Assembly: GCA_001687465.1 (NCBI GenBank)
Contig: LVLI01000005.1
Span: forward strand, 62,001-126,000
DNA length: 64,000 bases
Direction: 5' to 3'
From: Halocafeteria seosinensis
Taxonomy: Eukaryota
More notes on this DNA, generated by a model that saw only the letters and a program-made list of their open reading frames with translations, did no database searches and was not told the origin of the DNA. The DNA itself is not shown here. The first letter of the stretch is position 1.

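Noticed and set aside
28828..64000. Calling the giant ORF titin
   Set aside because: No Ig-I-set, PEVK or kinase domain is evident; it has filamin and PA14 domains and glycosylation sequons instead.

Overview
Compact, intron-containing eukaryotic (protist-like, probably flagellated; stramenopile affinity is my inference) genomic DNA in three parts. Positions 1-26.5 kb hold ten closely packed genes with short GT-AG introns, mostly 61-75 nt: La RNA-binding protein (5' truncated), an EamA/SLC35F-type transporter, a membrane-anchored protein with tandem dynein-light-chain-like domains, a multi-calponin-homology protein, a divergent SKP1-like gene, a ~1,770-aa disordered protein, a class-3/DAG lipase, an RP2-like TBCC-domain protein, a fused double DUF1538 membrane protein and an AP2-domain transcription factor. 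Positions ~26.5-28.8 kb are non-coding and carry several local duplications plus an array of palindromes. The remaining 35 kb is one stop-free minus-strand ORF (>11,700 aa, open past the window end) encoding a probably extracellular giant protein: filamin repeats, two PA14 domains and ~30 FN3 domains. A recurrent uncharacterised 'EVQ...GGxFxL...WxVTF' module and a phage-tail-fibre-like module are inserted inside these domains. In places the insertions are recursive, up to ~10 levels within one FN3 domain, and this nested, branched architecture is the most unusual feature of the window. All domain calls are by eye; no searches were run.
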